Source: an uncultured Methanospirillum sp. (GTDB lineage: Archaea > Halobacteriota > Methanomicrobia > Methanomicrobiales > Methanospirillaceae). From it: a stretch of 36,344 nucleotides of DNA. The stretch is taken from NCBI GenBank assembly GCA_964458045.1, contig CAYWHV010000001.1, positions 1-36,344 of the forward strand, in the 5' to 3' direction. The position numbers and the translations under genes are program-made. The stretch's first letter is position 1. The number at the start of each line of letters is the position of its first letter. The notes under the pieces are model-generated. The model was given only the letters and a program-made list of their open reading frames with translations. It searched no databases and was not told where the DNA came from. Below are positions 1-9,384 of this stretch, one piece after another.

Positions 1-127
1 CCAGAGAAGGATAAGGTCAGAATTATCGTGAATTCTGTTTATTTTTTCAAGGAAGCGATCTTTCCGCTCCTGTTCCATAATATTCTGTTGGTTATCACAG
101 GTAATTATGGTATCAGAAAAAAGGGGA

Positions 128-2371
128 TTATTCTTTATGGGGGTGGTGCAGGACTTTATCCTCAATCTCATGCACATCCCGGATAAGTTCATCCAGAACA
201 GAGAGCACAGCTGGCATGATGGCAACCGCTCCGATAAGCGAGAATAACACGGCAATAACGGTTGTCAGACCAAAATTACTGATCATGTTAAAGTTCGAGA
301 GCATGAGTGCTGAAAACCCGAAGAATGTTGCAAATCCTGATACCATAATGGCTGATCCGATTTTTCTGACACTCTCACGGATTGCATCTATCGCGTTTTC
401 TGCGGTCTCCCGTTCTTCAAGATATCGCTCCATGATAAGAATCGTATATTCTGCAGCAACTCCTATGGTCATGGACCCAAGACAGGCAGTCATCGGTGTA
501 TAATCGATATTCAGGATGAGCATGGCGACTGCATTCCACCCGACAATACAGACGATGGGAACAATTGGAGTAACGGCATGAATCTTCCGGTAAATGAGTG
601 CCAGGAATGCTACAATCAAAATAAAGCCCAGAATTGTCATCTGTTCCTTACTCTCGGAAAGTTCTGAGATAAGTGTGGTAAAGAGATCAAAACTACCGGT
701 AATTGATGCACTAATACCGGGTGGCGGAGTGAGAAGAACCAGGTCATTATTCATCTGGGTCTTGAGTTCATCCTGCTGAGGCATCTCAAGCCGCTTGGTT
801 GAAAATTCTATGACCGTCTCAGTTCTGCCATTTAAAAACTCGTCTCTGACTCCTTCTGGTATTTTGGATATTGCTTCATCTATCTCAAACTGGGTTTGTG
901 GGATCGTTCCATTATTATAAATTTTAATATAATCCACAATACTCGTGGAACCGGTAATCTCCATGTACAGATTGAGTTCATTCTTTTGGAACGTATCTAT
1001 CCATGTGAGCACGTCAGGAGAGAGGACATTATTCCCGGTCACCAGCACTGGAATCGGTGTTGTAGAGCCGATTGTTCTGCTGACCTTATCCAGGGAGATC
1101 TTCGCCGGCATGTCGGATGGAACAAAGGTTCGTTCACTCGTAGAGATAGGAATTGTAGGATCAACCTGAAGACCGATAAATGCAAAGAGCACGGCAATCA
1201 TCAGGATTGGGAGGGGGTTTTTAGCGATAGTAACGGCGGTTTTTGAAAGAACCAGATCTGCTTTTGTCGGTTTTTCTTCTCCGAGCTTTCCTTTTGGCTT
1301 ATATTTAATCAATACTGCAATGAGCGGAATCCCGATAAGTGACGTCATGTAACAGACGACAACTCCGATGATGGCGACAAGACCAAATGACCGGATCATC
1401 GGCACCGGAGAGATGAACATCGCTAAAAATCCCATCGTTGTTGCAAGCATTGCAAAAAGAACTGCCGGACCGGTTCTGGTTATGGTAATTCTGATCGCTT
1501 CAGTCAGGGATCCTTTCCGTGCCTCCTCTTCAAGACGGGCATGGAACTGTATCGCATAATCGATACCAAGACCTATGAGAACCGGGAATGCAGCAATAAC
1601 TGCAGTATTGATACTCACACCAAACAGACCCATGATTCCAAAGGTTAGGATCAACCCGATAGCGACTATCAGAACCGGAATGAACCGGTGACTCACGTAC
1701 GCAAACAGGAGTCCGAGCACGATGACCATCAGGATCATGGCTCCCATGATCAGGGTTCCCATGGATTTACTCAGTTCCTGACCCATCTCCTGCTGGAATA
1801 CCGGATTTCCGGTTAAGGTAACCGTGACACCCGGTGGGGGATGTGAACTGTTCAGGAATGAACGGACATTATTCATCACACTCTTCTGTTTCTGGTCGGT
1901 CATTCCCACATCAAGCTTGAGCATCATCATGGTGAGCAGATTGGAAGGAATGTACCGGTTTAAAACCTCTGAAGGGATACTCTCTTTGATCTCCTTAATC
2001 TCTCCGGTTGACCGGGGGATTTCTCCGTCATTCGCCTGTTTTACCAGGTCGGCAATACTTGAAACCGAGTTGATATATTGTAAATTCTTAAGGCCCGGAG
2101 TTATTTTATCAAGATATGCGATAACATCAGGACTTAAGGGATCATTACACTCGATAAGAACGACAAGGGTATCCTGACTGAATGTATCCTCATAATGGGA
2201 GAATGCAATTCCTTTCGGACTGTTCTTATCAAGATATGTCTCATTTCCTGTCTGCATCTTAAGCATTGTCATTCCTACAATCGAAGCGATGAAAATGAGA
2301 AAAAGGGCTCCAAGAACCAGTTTTGGCCGGTTCACTATGAGGGATGAGATGCTTTCAAAAATGGAACGCAT
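128..2371 (-). CDS. RND superfamily / MMPL (HAE3-type) exporter
   Basis: 747 aa with two internally repeated halves, each 1 TM + extracytoplasmic loop + 5 TM. TM4/TM10-type motifs GLGIDYAIQF and GVAAEYTILI are present. Confidence 0.9.
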   Translation of the reverse strand: MRSIFESISSLIVNRPKLVLGALFLIFIASIVGMTMLKMQTGNETYLDKNSPKGIAFSHYEDTFSQDTLVVLIECNDPLSPDVIAYLDKITPGLKNLQYINSVSSIADLVKQANDGEIPRSTGEIKEIKESIPSEVLNRYIPSNLLTMMMLKLDVGMTDQKQKSVMNNVRSFLNSSHPPPGVTVTLTGNPVFQQEMGQELSKSMGTLIMGAMILMVIVLGLLFAYVSHRFIPVLIVAIGLILTFGIMGLFGVSINTAVIAAFPVLIGLGIDYAIQFHARLEEEARKGSLTEAIRITITRTGPAVLFAMLATTMGFLAMFISPVPMIRSFGLVAIIGVVVCYMTSLIGIPLIAVLIKYKPKGKLGEEKPTKADLVLSKTAVTIAKNPLPILMIAVLFAFIGLQVDPTIPISTSERTFVPSDMPAKISLDKVSRTIGSTTPIPVLVTGNNVLSPDVLTWIDTFQKNELNLYMEITGSTSIVDYIKIYNNGTIPQTQFEIDEAISKIPEGVRDEFLNGRTETVIEFSTKRLEMPQQDELKTQMNNDLVLLTPPPGISASITGSFDLFTTLISELSESKEQMTILGFILIVAFLALIYRKIHAVTPIVPIVCIVGWNAVAMLILNIDYTPMTACLGSMTIGVAAEYTILIMERYLEERETAENAIDAIRESVRKIGSAIMVSGFATFFGFSALMLSNFNMISNFGLTTVIAVLFSLIGAVAIMPAVLSVLDELIRDVHEIEDKVLHHPHKE

Positions 2372-2392
2372 GGTGGATCTCCACGAGGTTCC

Positions 2393-3742
2393 TTATACAG
2401 AGGGAGTTTTTCTTCGGGTGGTGTGGTACCGGTATGCAGCACCAATGATTACAATCAGAATGACTGCGATGATGATTGGGTTTGAGAGTAATGATGAGAG
2501 TCCATCTGGTTTGCCAGCAGTTATCTGCACCTTGATGGTATCTGATATCTGACTGTTATCAAGGGCATCACGGTACCTTATCTCTGAATCAAGTCCGTAT
2601 GTTTTCTCGATTGCCTCGGCATTGGTGGTTATCTTGAATTTGGCAACGGCGGACTCGCCTGGCTTGATGTCGCCAAGGTATGCAAGGTCATCATCACTTG
2701 AGAAGGGGTCGACTGCACTGATACGGGCCTCAGAGCTGTATGCCGTTGCGTCACCATCATTGCGGTATTCAACCTCAATAACCTGTTTGCTCCCGATAGT
2801 AACCTTTGGCGGTTCATTTATCATGGTGAACTCAATCTTTCCACCAACCGGGATTCCGATCTGTTCTGCGGGAGTTTCAAGGGTTTCTCCATCAGCATTC
2901 TGATAGCTGACAAGCACTTCAAGCGGGTATTCCTGGGGTTCTGCATCCCGGGTCACTGAAACCTTAAATTTTGCCTCAAATTCATCACCTGGTTTGAATT
3001 CTCCGATATAGACGGTGCTGTCAACCGGGACAACCGGTGAGTTTCCAAACCTTGTTAATTTAGCGATTGCCTTGCTGCCAGTGTCTGCACCACTGTTTTT
3101 GAGGGTAATGGTAACAAACCCTTCACCACCTGCATTGATATCTTCAGGAGTAATCTTTACAACGTCAAGGTTTATGGCTGATTTCACAATAAACGGAACA
3201 TTCAGATTGATCTTTTTGGTATTGTATCTGTTGACAACGCTATCAGTTCCAACCTGCTCTGCTGCTGCAAGATAGGTATATTCGATCTGGACCGGAAGAC
3301 TGTATGTTCCTGCCTGACCGTCATCTTTCACCCGAATCTGGAACTTCACCGGTTTGGATTCAGAGCCTTCAATATCTCCGACCATCTGAGTGTCGGACTT
3401 GATAAGGATGGGTGCACCATCTGGAAGGAGCGTTACCCTGACCATCTTGGCAGTGGAAGGAGTGTCGTCCCGATCCACGATTCCTGACTGGACCATTTTC
3501 ATGTAGTTCAGTCCGCTGTTTTCAATCAGGACAGGAAGTTCAATAGTGTTACCTGGAGTGAACTCATTTAATCCGGAGATTGCTGCAGATAAATTCGGCT
3601 CTCCTGAAAGATATTTTGTTCCGGCTGTGACCGGAGAGATACACAATGCTGCCAGGCATAATCCAATAAGGATAATACATGGCACCCTGGCTGAATGCAG
3701 GAAATTTTGTGACGTACATTTTGAAAACAATGATTTTGTCAT
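2393..3742 (-). CDS. COG1361-type S-layer domain protein (secreted, C-terminal TM anchor)
   Basis: N-terminal signal-like segment, repeated Ig-like beta modules (LKNSG/YRNDG...YIGEFKPG/YLGDIKPG), and a C-terminal hydrophobic helix with basic tail. Lies 21 bp upstream of the RND gene, a typical pairing. Confidence 0.8.
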   Translation of the reverse strand: MTKSLFSKCTSQNFLHSARVPCIILIGLCLAALCISPVTAGTKYLSGEPNLSAAISGLNEFTPGNTIELPVLIENSGLNYMKMVQSGIVDRDDTPSTAKMVRVTLLPDGAPILIKSDTQMVGDIEGSESKPVKFQIRVKDDGQAGTYSLPVQIEYTYLAAAEQVGTDSVVNRYNTKKINLNVPFIVKSAINLDVVKITPEDINAGGEGFVTITLKNSGADTGSKAIAKLTRFGNSPVVPVDSTVYIGEFKPGDEFEAKFKVSVTRDAEPQEYPLEVLVSYQNADGETLETPAEQIGIPVGGKIEFTMINEPPKVTIGSKQVIEVEYRNDGDATAYSSEARISAVDPFSSDDDLAYLGDIKPGESAVAKFKITTNAEAIEKTYGLDSEIRYRDALDNSQISDTIKVQITAGKPDGLSSLLSNPIIIAVILIVIIGAAYRYHTTRRKTPSV

Positions 3743-3893
3743 GTGTGGTACACCTGAGTTGGATTCACTCGCGTATATGTTCGTGGTATAGATGATTATT
3801 TAATTGTTGCGCCTATGTGTTACAAATGGTTGTTCCAATTATGTGTTATCTATGTGAGTAACTTATTTGTGTAACGAATACACATCACTATGT

Positions 3894-5228
3894 ATGCATC
3901 GGTTGGCTGATGAACTGGCCCACATTAAGGATCTTCTCCGAAATCATCCGCAAGGGATGAGTGTAACTGAGATAGCATCTGCTCTGGGACGGAACAAGCA
4001 CTCAACCGGGCGTTACCTGGATATTCTCCATGCTGCAGGACATGTAGACCTGAGGACTTTTGGAATGGCGAAAGTTTTCACCCTTTCATCACGAGTCCCC
4101 CTCTCAGCCCTTCTCTCCTACACAACTGATCTTGTCCTTGTTCTGGACCGTGACATGAGAATTATCCAGGGAAATGATCCTTTTTTTGATCTGCTTGAAA
4201 TCCAGGGAAGTAGTACCCTGCAAACAAAGATAGATCAGCTGACCTCCCCGAATCGGGCCAATGACGAATTCTTAAAAAATCTGTCTCATATCATAGCAAC
4301 AGGACAGGAAACATTTGAAATTGTCCGGGATGGGAAAGAACGAAGATTTTTTCGGGGGAAGATAATCCCTACGGTCTTTGAGGATGGCAGCTCTGCTGAT
4401 ACCATAATTCTTGAAGACGTAACGTTGGAAAAAGACGCGCTCAGAAACCTTCAGGAGAGTGAAGAGTTCTTCCGCAGTGTATCTGATCATCTGTCTGATG
4501 GGTTAATCGTTTCAGAAATAAAATCCGAAAAGAAAAAAGTGATCTTTCACAATCAGCGTCTATGTGAGATCACCGGATATACAGCTGATGAGATTCATAA
4601 GATGCGTCCGGAAAATCTGGCGATACCAGAAGAAAAAGAACGATTTGAAAAGGCACTCAAGGAAGCTGAGCATAATAAAGGTTCTATGAGGGAACTCCGG
4701 TTCTGGGCAAAGAGGAAAGATGGAGAGTCTATATATCTGTCAATCCGTGTAAAACTGGTACCTTTTGGAGATGCTATTCGTGGATATATTCTTATCACTG
4801 ACATGACGCAGTGGAAAGAACAGGAAGAAGCCCAATTACTTCAGGCTAATCTGATACAGCGTCTGATGACGAACTTTCCTCATCCGATATTCATCATCAG
4901 GGAAGATGGAGTATTTTTCATCGCCAACGCAGCCTTTTGCGAATTAATAAAAACCGATTCAGATTCTGTTATCGGCAATCATGTGTCCCGGATTTTGCCC
5001 GCTGACATTGCGCAGGACTTTTTGAAAGGGAATGAAGAACTGGTAACCCGAGGAACTGTTTCTCATGTTCATATCGTGACCCGGTTTTTCAGGCCTGATG
5101 GAACTATCGGAAATGTGATTATTGAAAAGTCTCCGGTATCAGCTGGAGATAACACTCCAAATTACATATTCGGTGTGGTAATCACTGAAGATATGTGTCC
5201 TCTTCAGAATACTCTGAAATCCAAATAA
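3894..5228 (+). CDS. Winged-HTH + multi-PAS domain sensory/regulatory protein
   Basis: N-terminal wHTH (GMSVTEIASALGRNKHSTGRYLDILHAAGHV) followed by three PAS/PAC-like segments (LEDVT, ITDMT ends; NQRLCEITGY; NAAFCELI). No kinase domain. ATG at 3894 preferred over the TTG at 3867. Confidence 0.85.
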   Translation: MHRLADELAHIKDLLRNHPQGMSVTEIASALGRNKHSTGRYLDILHAAGHVDLRTFGMAKVFTLSSRVPLSALLSYTTDLVLVLDRDMRIIQGNDPFFDLLEIQGSSTLQTKIDQLTSPNRANDEFLKNLSHIIATGQETFEIVRDGKERRFFRGKIIPTVFEDGSSADTIILEDVTLEKDALRNLQESEEFFRSVSDHLSDGLIVSEIKSEKKKVIFHNQRLCEITGYTADEIHKMRPENLAIPEEKERFEKALKEAEHNKGSMRELRFWAKRKDGESIYLSIRVKLVPFGDAIRGYILITDMTQWKEQEEAQLLQANLIQRLMTNFPHPIFIIREDGVFFIANAAFCELIKTDSDSVIGNHVSRILPADIAQDFLKGNEELVTRGTVSHVHIVTRFFRPDGTIGNVIIEKSPVSAGDNTPNYIFGVVITEDMCPLQNTLKSK

Positions 5229-5250
5229 ACCAATTCTCCTGGTGGACAGA

Positions 5251-6318
5251 TTATTTGGGAATGGGCCTCAGCATGGCATCAATGGTGACTGTTTCACCCT
5301 CTCCTGGGAAAACCCATTCGATAAAATGCTCGTATCCCTCATGAGATATCGTTACTTTATACCGGTTTGGTGGGACATCATCAAGTAGCAGATATCCCTG
5401 GGTTGGCACTTCTCCAAACCATATTCCATTTAAGAGAACATCAGCCTCTGATGGGGTTGACCTGATCTTCAGGGTAGCAGAAGTTGGAACCATATTCACC
5501 GGAACCATGGTCAGATGAACATTGGTAGAGAGATCCTGACGGGTGGAAGCAGTCAGTTTTTTATCCTGATATCCAGTAATACGTCCCAGGATAGTATGCT
5601 GACCATCATTTAACGGACCAATCATGAGTGGTATGTCTCTGGATGTCGTGCCTCTGAAGATACCATCAACCAGAATCTCTGCATCCGGCGGTGTTGAAGT
5701 AACAACCAGTTCCTTTCGCTGATAATTGGGTATCAGTGTCACTTGTATGGTCGTTTTCCCGTGTGCTTCAACAGATACCTGATCATTCAGATAAGATTTA
5801 TATCCGGATTTACTGACCTGAAGTGTGTGAATTCCCTCAGGTACAGATGGGAAGATGTAGGGAAGGAGGATTGATGCATTTCCATCAAGACGTGCAAGGG
5901 ATCCTTCAGGTTGTGCATTCACCGCTATGGTGCCGAATTTCGAAACAGGGATCAGCAAAACAAAAATTTCTTTCTGGGTTCCTGGTTTTACATTTTCAGA
6001 AATGATAGAGGTATTATTCTGGTATCCGTCTTTCTGAAGATGAATTGTCCAGGGTGCGTCGATTTGACCATCTGGGATGAATAGAAGAGGCGTTTTTCCG
6101 TTATATATCCCCTGAATATATACGTCTGCCCCGTTTGGTTCGGTATTAATTACATATGATCCAAAAAGACCTGATGACTGATTTGAATCCGCAATTCCAA
6201 TACATAGTATCGTGCACGAGAAAAACAGGAAAAAGCCCGCCATGATAAATCTAAAAAATCTCACACCATATCCCTGACAAGAAATTGTATGTGAATATGA
6301 TAAACTAATCGGAATCAA
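5251..6318 (-). CDS. PEGA domain-containing secreted/S-layer-associated protein
   Basis: Four PEGA repeats (TEPNGADVYI, AQPEGSLARL, STPPDAEILVDG, STPSEADVLLNG) after a hydrophobic N-terminus. The true start may be downstream (GTG 6264 or ATG 6243). Confidence 0.85.
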   Translation of the reverse strand: MIPISLSYSHTISCQGYGVRFFRFIMAGFFLFFSCTILCIGIADSNQSSGLFGSYVINTEPNGADVYIQGIYNGKTPLLFIPDGQIDAPWTIHLQKDGYQNNTSIISENVKPGTQKEIFVLLIPVSKFGTIAVNAQPEGSLARLDGNASILLPYIFPSVPEGIHTLQVSKSGYKSYLNDQVSVEAHGKTTIQVTLIPNYQRKELVVTSTPPDAEILVDGIFRGTTSRDIPLMIGPLNDGQHTILGRITGYQDKKLTASTRQDLSTNVHLTMVPVNMVPTSATLKIRSTPSEADVLLNGIWFGEVPTQGYLLLDDVPPNRYKVTISHEGYEHFIEWVFPGEGETVTIDAMLRPIPK

Positions 6319-6349
6319 AAATTTTTATGAGAAAAACTTTGGAAAAAAA

Positions 6350-6724
6350 TTAAAGGGCTGCCCAGAATCCATGCTTATTACAATAGATTCTGACTTTTTT
6401 CACTGAATCATAAGGAACACAAAATTCCTTTTCCGGAGCATCGCCGGGTTGTAAGGTCGAGGTCTGGAGATAGGTATCTCCCATAACTTCAATCCACTTG
6501 ATATAATGGTCATCTACCATTGGATGAGGCACTGAACCGACTTTTACCTTAATTCCTGAATTTGTTTTTTCAACAACCGGGATGTGTTTCTCCTTCCCCT
6601 CTTCTGCTCCACGTTTCTCGACAATATGCGTCATGGGCTGATTACAGCAAACAAGAGTTCCTTTTCCTTCATTTACCACAAGCACCATTTGCCCGCAGAT
6701 GTTACAGTGATACAGTTCCAACAT
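6350..6724 (-). CDS. dfx: Desulfoferrodoxin (2Fe superoxide reductase)
   Basis: Desulforedoxin centre CNICG...VCC, plus SOR centre ligands EKH, HPM..DHYI and CNKHG. Confidence 0.95.
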   Translation of the reverse strand: MLELYHCNICGQMVLVVNEGKGTLVCCNQPMTHIVEKRGAEEGKEKHIPVVEKTNSGIKVKVGSVPHPMVDDHYIKWIEVMGDTYLQTSTLQPGDAPEKEFCVPYDSVKKVRIYCNKHGFWAAL

Positions 6725-6875
6725 AATATATCAGTTTGTGGATTGGTATGTACATCCTTTTATACTTTTCATTGAGACGGGTATCAATCATGAGAATGGG
6801 ATGAACAACAATCCTGTGCTGCTCTGAATAATTATGGAATTTTTATGGGATATAGCAAAAATCACCATAAAAAAT

Positions 6876-6953
6876 TTAAGCATAAAATAAGGAGAAGATT
6901 CCGATGAAGATGACGAGCCCGCCTAAGAAAAAGATCTTTTCCACGGGTCTCAT
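6876..6953 (-). CDS. Putative 25-aa single-pass membrane microprotein (not in ORF track)
   Basis: Translates as MRPVEKIFFLGGLVIFIGIFSLFYA*. A GGGGGA SD-like run precedes the ATG, a TTTATATA box lies at 6985-6992 (minus strand), and T-runs follow the stop. An in-frame upstream ATG at 6968 would give 30 aa. Confidence 0.55.
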   Translation of the reverse strand: MRPVEKIFFLGGLVIFIGIFSLFYA

Positions 6954-6984
6954 CAATCCCCCCAGCATATCTGCCTTTTATGAA

Positions 6985-6992
6985 TATATAAA
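6985..6992 (-). promoter_or_regulatory. Archaeal TATA box for the microprotein ORF
   Basis: Minus-strand TTTATATA matches the archaeal TATA consensus and lies about 32-39 nt upstream of ATG 6953. Confidence 0.5.
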
Positions 6993-7114
6993 AATATGCC
7001 ATGCAATAGATCTTATAAAAAGAAACGAATAAAACTATAACGTTTGAAATTTCTCGTTATCCGATATTTAAACAATAATTTTGCGTATTTTAGATCTCAT
7101 ACAATGGTTCCTCA

Positions 7115-8674
7115 TTAATCATGTACCAGAGATCCTCCAAACTGATTTGTTATCTCCGGATCCAGGCTCTTTGCCTTATGAATCATTTGATATGCCTGTT
7201 GTTTTCTTCCTAGTTCATCCAGAATTTTCGCTTTGTAGATCATGGCTTTCACATGCTGGGGATCGATCTGGAGCACCTGATCAAAACACATGATCGCTTC
7301 AGCCAGACGTACGAGATTTGTGTATATCTGTCCTAAATAAAACCAGGCATCAGAACTTTCAGGGTGAAGGTGAATTACCTCTTTAAATAAGGTAATTGCT
7401 TTATGTGTTTCATGTAATGCCTGATGCGCCCGACCTTTATTTAACAATACCCGGGAATCTGAAGGGTTTTTATTCAGTACTTTCTGGTAACTGTCAATCG
7501 CTTCAAGAAAACGTCCGGCCCGGTGCAGGAGCACTCCCCTGTTAAACCATGCCTTCAAATTATCCGGTTCTTCTTCGGTAAGGTATTCATAATACTGGAG
7601 AAGATCTCCGTATCGTTTCAGTTTCCGGAGAGCGATGATGCGATATCCCTGTGATGCCGAGTCATGAGGATTAATCTGTAAGGCACGTTCCAGCGGACTT
7701 AATGCATCCTGGTACCGGTTCAAACCCATATAGGCAAGACCCATAAGATTCCATCCGGTTGACTGAAGAGGATAATGAGTGGTGATAAGGCGGGCAGTAT
7801 TCAAAGCTTCATCATACCGGTTCATTTTTAAAAGTGAGTAACAGGATATCCAAAGTCCTGCATATGCTTTTGGTTTGAGCCAGAGCAGTCTTTTGGTGGA
7901 AGACAAGGCCTCTGAATATCGTTCAAGTTTTATAAGGACACGGGATTTTAATTCCCAGGCATGAGGATATCGATCATCCAGTTCAAGCAGGTGGTCTGCA
8001 TTCTTCAATGCGTCCTCCGGGGAATTTGTTTGAATCTGACAATAAGCAATAAGGTAAAGAGATTTTTTATGGTCCGGATTACTCATGAGAAGATCATGAA
8101 AGGCATGTATTGCAGACTGATATTGATGAAGTCTGAAATGACAAAGACCCTTAAGGAAACTTCTTTTTTCAAGTTTGATATCAGATGCGGGTATCTGTTC
8201 CAGATAGGTCAGGGCTTTTTGAAAATCAGACTGGCGGTAGTCGCCTAATGCAAGATAGTATAATGAAATGGATCGGGTTCTTTCAAAATTGTAGGATTTA
8301 AGAAGATGCTCACGTGCCTGCTCAAAATTATTTAAGTGGAGATGGATAATTCCAAGATACAGCCACCCGAGTGGCGCTTCTTTTTCTGAATATATGACCT
8401 TTGAAAGGTATGGAAGGGCTTTAATCCATTCATGATCCCGGATAAGTTGAATCCCAACCGACAGATAAGGATCCGGTCCGGATTCATATTCCTCCCTGGT
8501 TTCGGGCTGTTCTTTGAGTTGTATTTCATCCGGTTCGTCCTGAATCAGGGTTTGATCATCAGGAATCTCAGGTTCCTCAGTTACCTCCTGAATAAATACC
8601 TCAGAACCAAAGAGGTTGAGCGAATCAGATGTGATGCGATCAATTGTTTCATCTGATGGCATTTCCTGATCCAT
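7115..8674 (-). CDS. Tetratricopeptide repeat protein
   Basis: Many 34-aa TPR units (AWFNRGVLL...EAIDSYQKVLNKNP; AWFYLGQIY...EAIMCFDQVLQIDP) after an acidic N-terminal region. Confidence 0.92.
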   Translation of the reverse strand: MDQEMPSDETIDRITSDSLNLFGSEVFIQEVTEEPEIPDDQTLIQDEPDEIQLKEQPETREEYESGPDPYLSVGIQLIRDHEWIKALPYLSKVIYSEKEAPLGWLYLGIIHLHLNNFEQAREHLLKSYNFERTRSISLYYLALGDYRQSDFQKALTYLEQIPASDIKLEKRSFLKGLCHFRLHQYQSAIHAFHDLLMSNPDHKKSLYLIAYCQIQTNSPEDALKNADHLLELDDRYPHAWELKSRVLIKLERYSEALSSTKRLLWLKPKAYAGLWISCYSLLKMNRYDEALNTARLITTHYPLQSTGWNLMGLAYMGLNRYQDALSPLERALQINPHDSASQGYRIIALRKLKRYGDLLQYYEYLTEEEPDNLKAWFNRGVLLHRAGRFLEAIDSYQKVLNKNPSDSRVLLNKGRAHQALHETHKAITLFKEVIHLHPESSDAWFYLGQIYTNLVRLAEAIMCFDQVLQIDPQHVKAMIYKAKILDELGRKQQAYQMIHKAKSLDPEITNQFGGSLVHD

Positions 8675-8748
8675 AGGTAATCCTTGGATAGTATGGGTAT
8701 ATGAATCATCCGCTGAAGGCAGGGAACTTTTCCAAAAAGAGATGTTAA

Positions 8749-9384
8749 TCAGGAATCTTGGGCATATCTGATACAGATAAGTATCGGCACCAGGTACAGC
8801 AGTATTATTGGAATAATTCCAAAAGAGATTTCATTTCCATCAATCAAAATACCCACTAATGCAGTTAGAGGGAAAATACCTATCCGCATTGACAGATTTT
8901 TCATGTAGGCTTCAGATGTGCCTTTGAGAATAATTCCTGGTGATCTTTGAATATATGCCCAGAGGCAGTATAACGTCAATCCACAGGCCAGAATATTTGC
9001 ATGGAAAAGTAATCCATAGGGAATCGGAGCATCTGATATACTCCACAGGAGAGATGACAGGGGGATAAAAATAATTGATAACAGAAAACAGAAAACCAGA
9101 TATACGGATATTCTATCAACAGATCTGCTGTGACGCATGATTTCAAAGGCCAGGATGTAAAAAATTGCCAGCAGAATGAACGTAAAAATAAAACTGAATC
9201 CATCAAAAAATATCGATAAAAAAAACTCAATAAAAAAATAGATGTCTTCTGACACATTTCCAGAGGGGAGAGGAATATTATTTTTTACAATAAGTGTCAT
9301 CGCAAATGCAAATATTCCGTTCATGAGGATTTCAAGCATATCCTGTGGAACCGGCCCTTTACATGACACATCCGGACTTTTCAT
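8749..9384 (-). CDS. TMEM175 (DUF1211) family channel-like membrane protein, copy B
   Basis: About 6 TM. TM1 MLEILMNGIFAFAMTLIV resembles the family RLEAFSDGVFAIAITLL motif, and the LLSIIFIP helix is present. ATG 9384 overlaps the upstream stop (ATGA). Confidence 0.7.
   Translation of the reverse strand: MKSPDVSCKGPVPQDMLEILMNGIFAFAMTLIVKNNIPLPSGNVSEDIYFFIEFFLSIFFDGFSFIFTFILLAIFYILAFEIMRHSRSVDRISVYLVFCFLLSIIFIPLSSLLWSISDAPIPYGLLFHANILACGLTLYCLWAYIQRSPGIILKGTSEAYMKNLSMRIGIFPLTALVGILIDGNEISFGIIPIILLYLVPILICIRYAQDS

Noticed and set aside
216-3791. Many 60-120 aa antisense ORFs over the RND and S-layer genes, and likewise over glnA, glt, prk, fprA and marker 14
   Set aside because: They are shadow ORFs fully overlapping well-supported genes and have no recognisable motifs.
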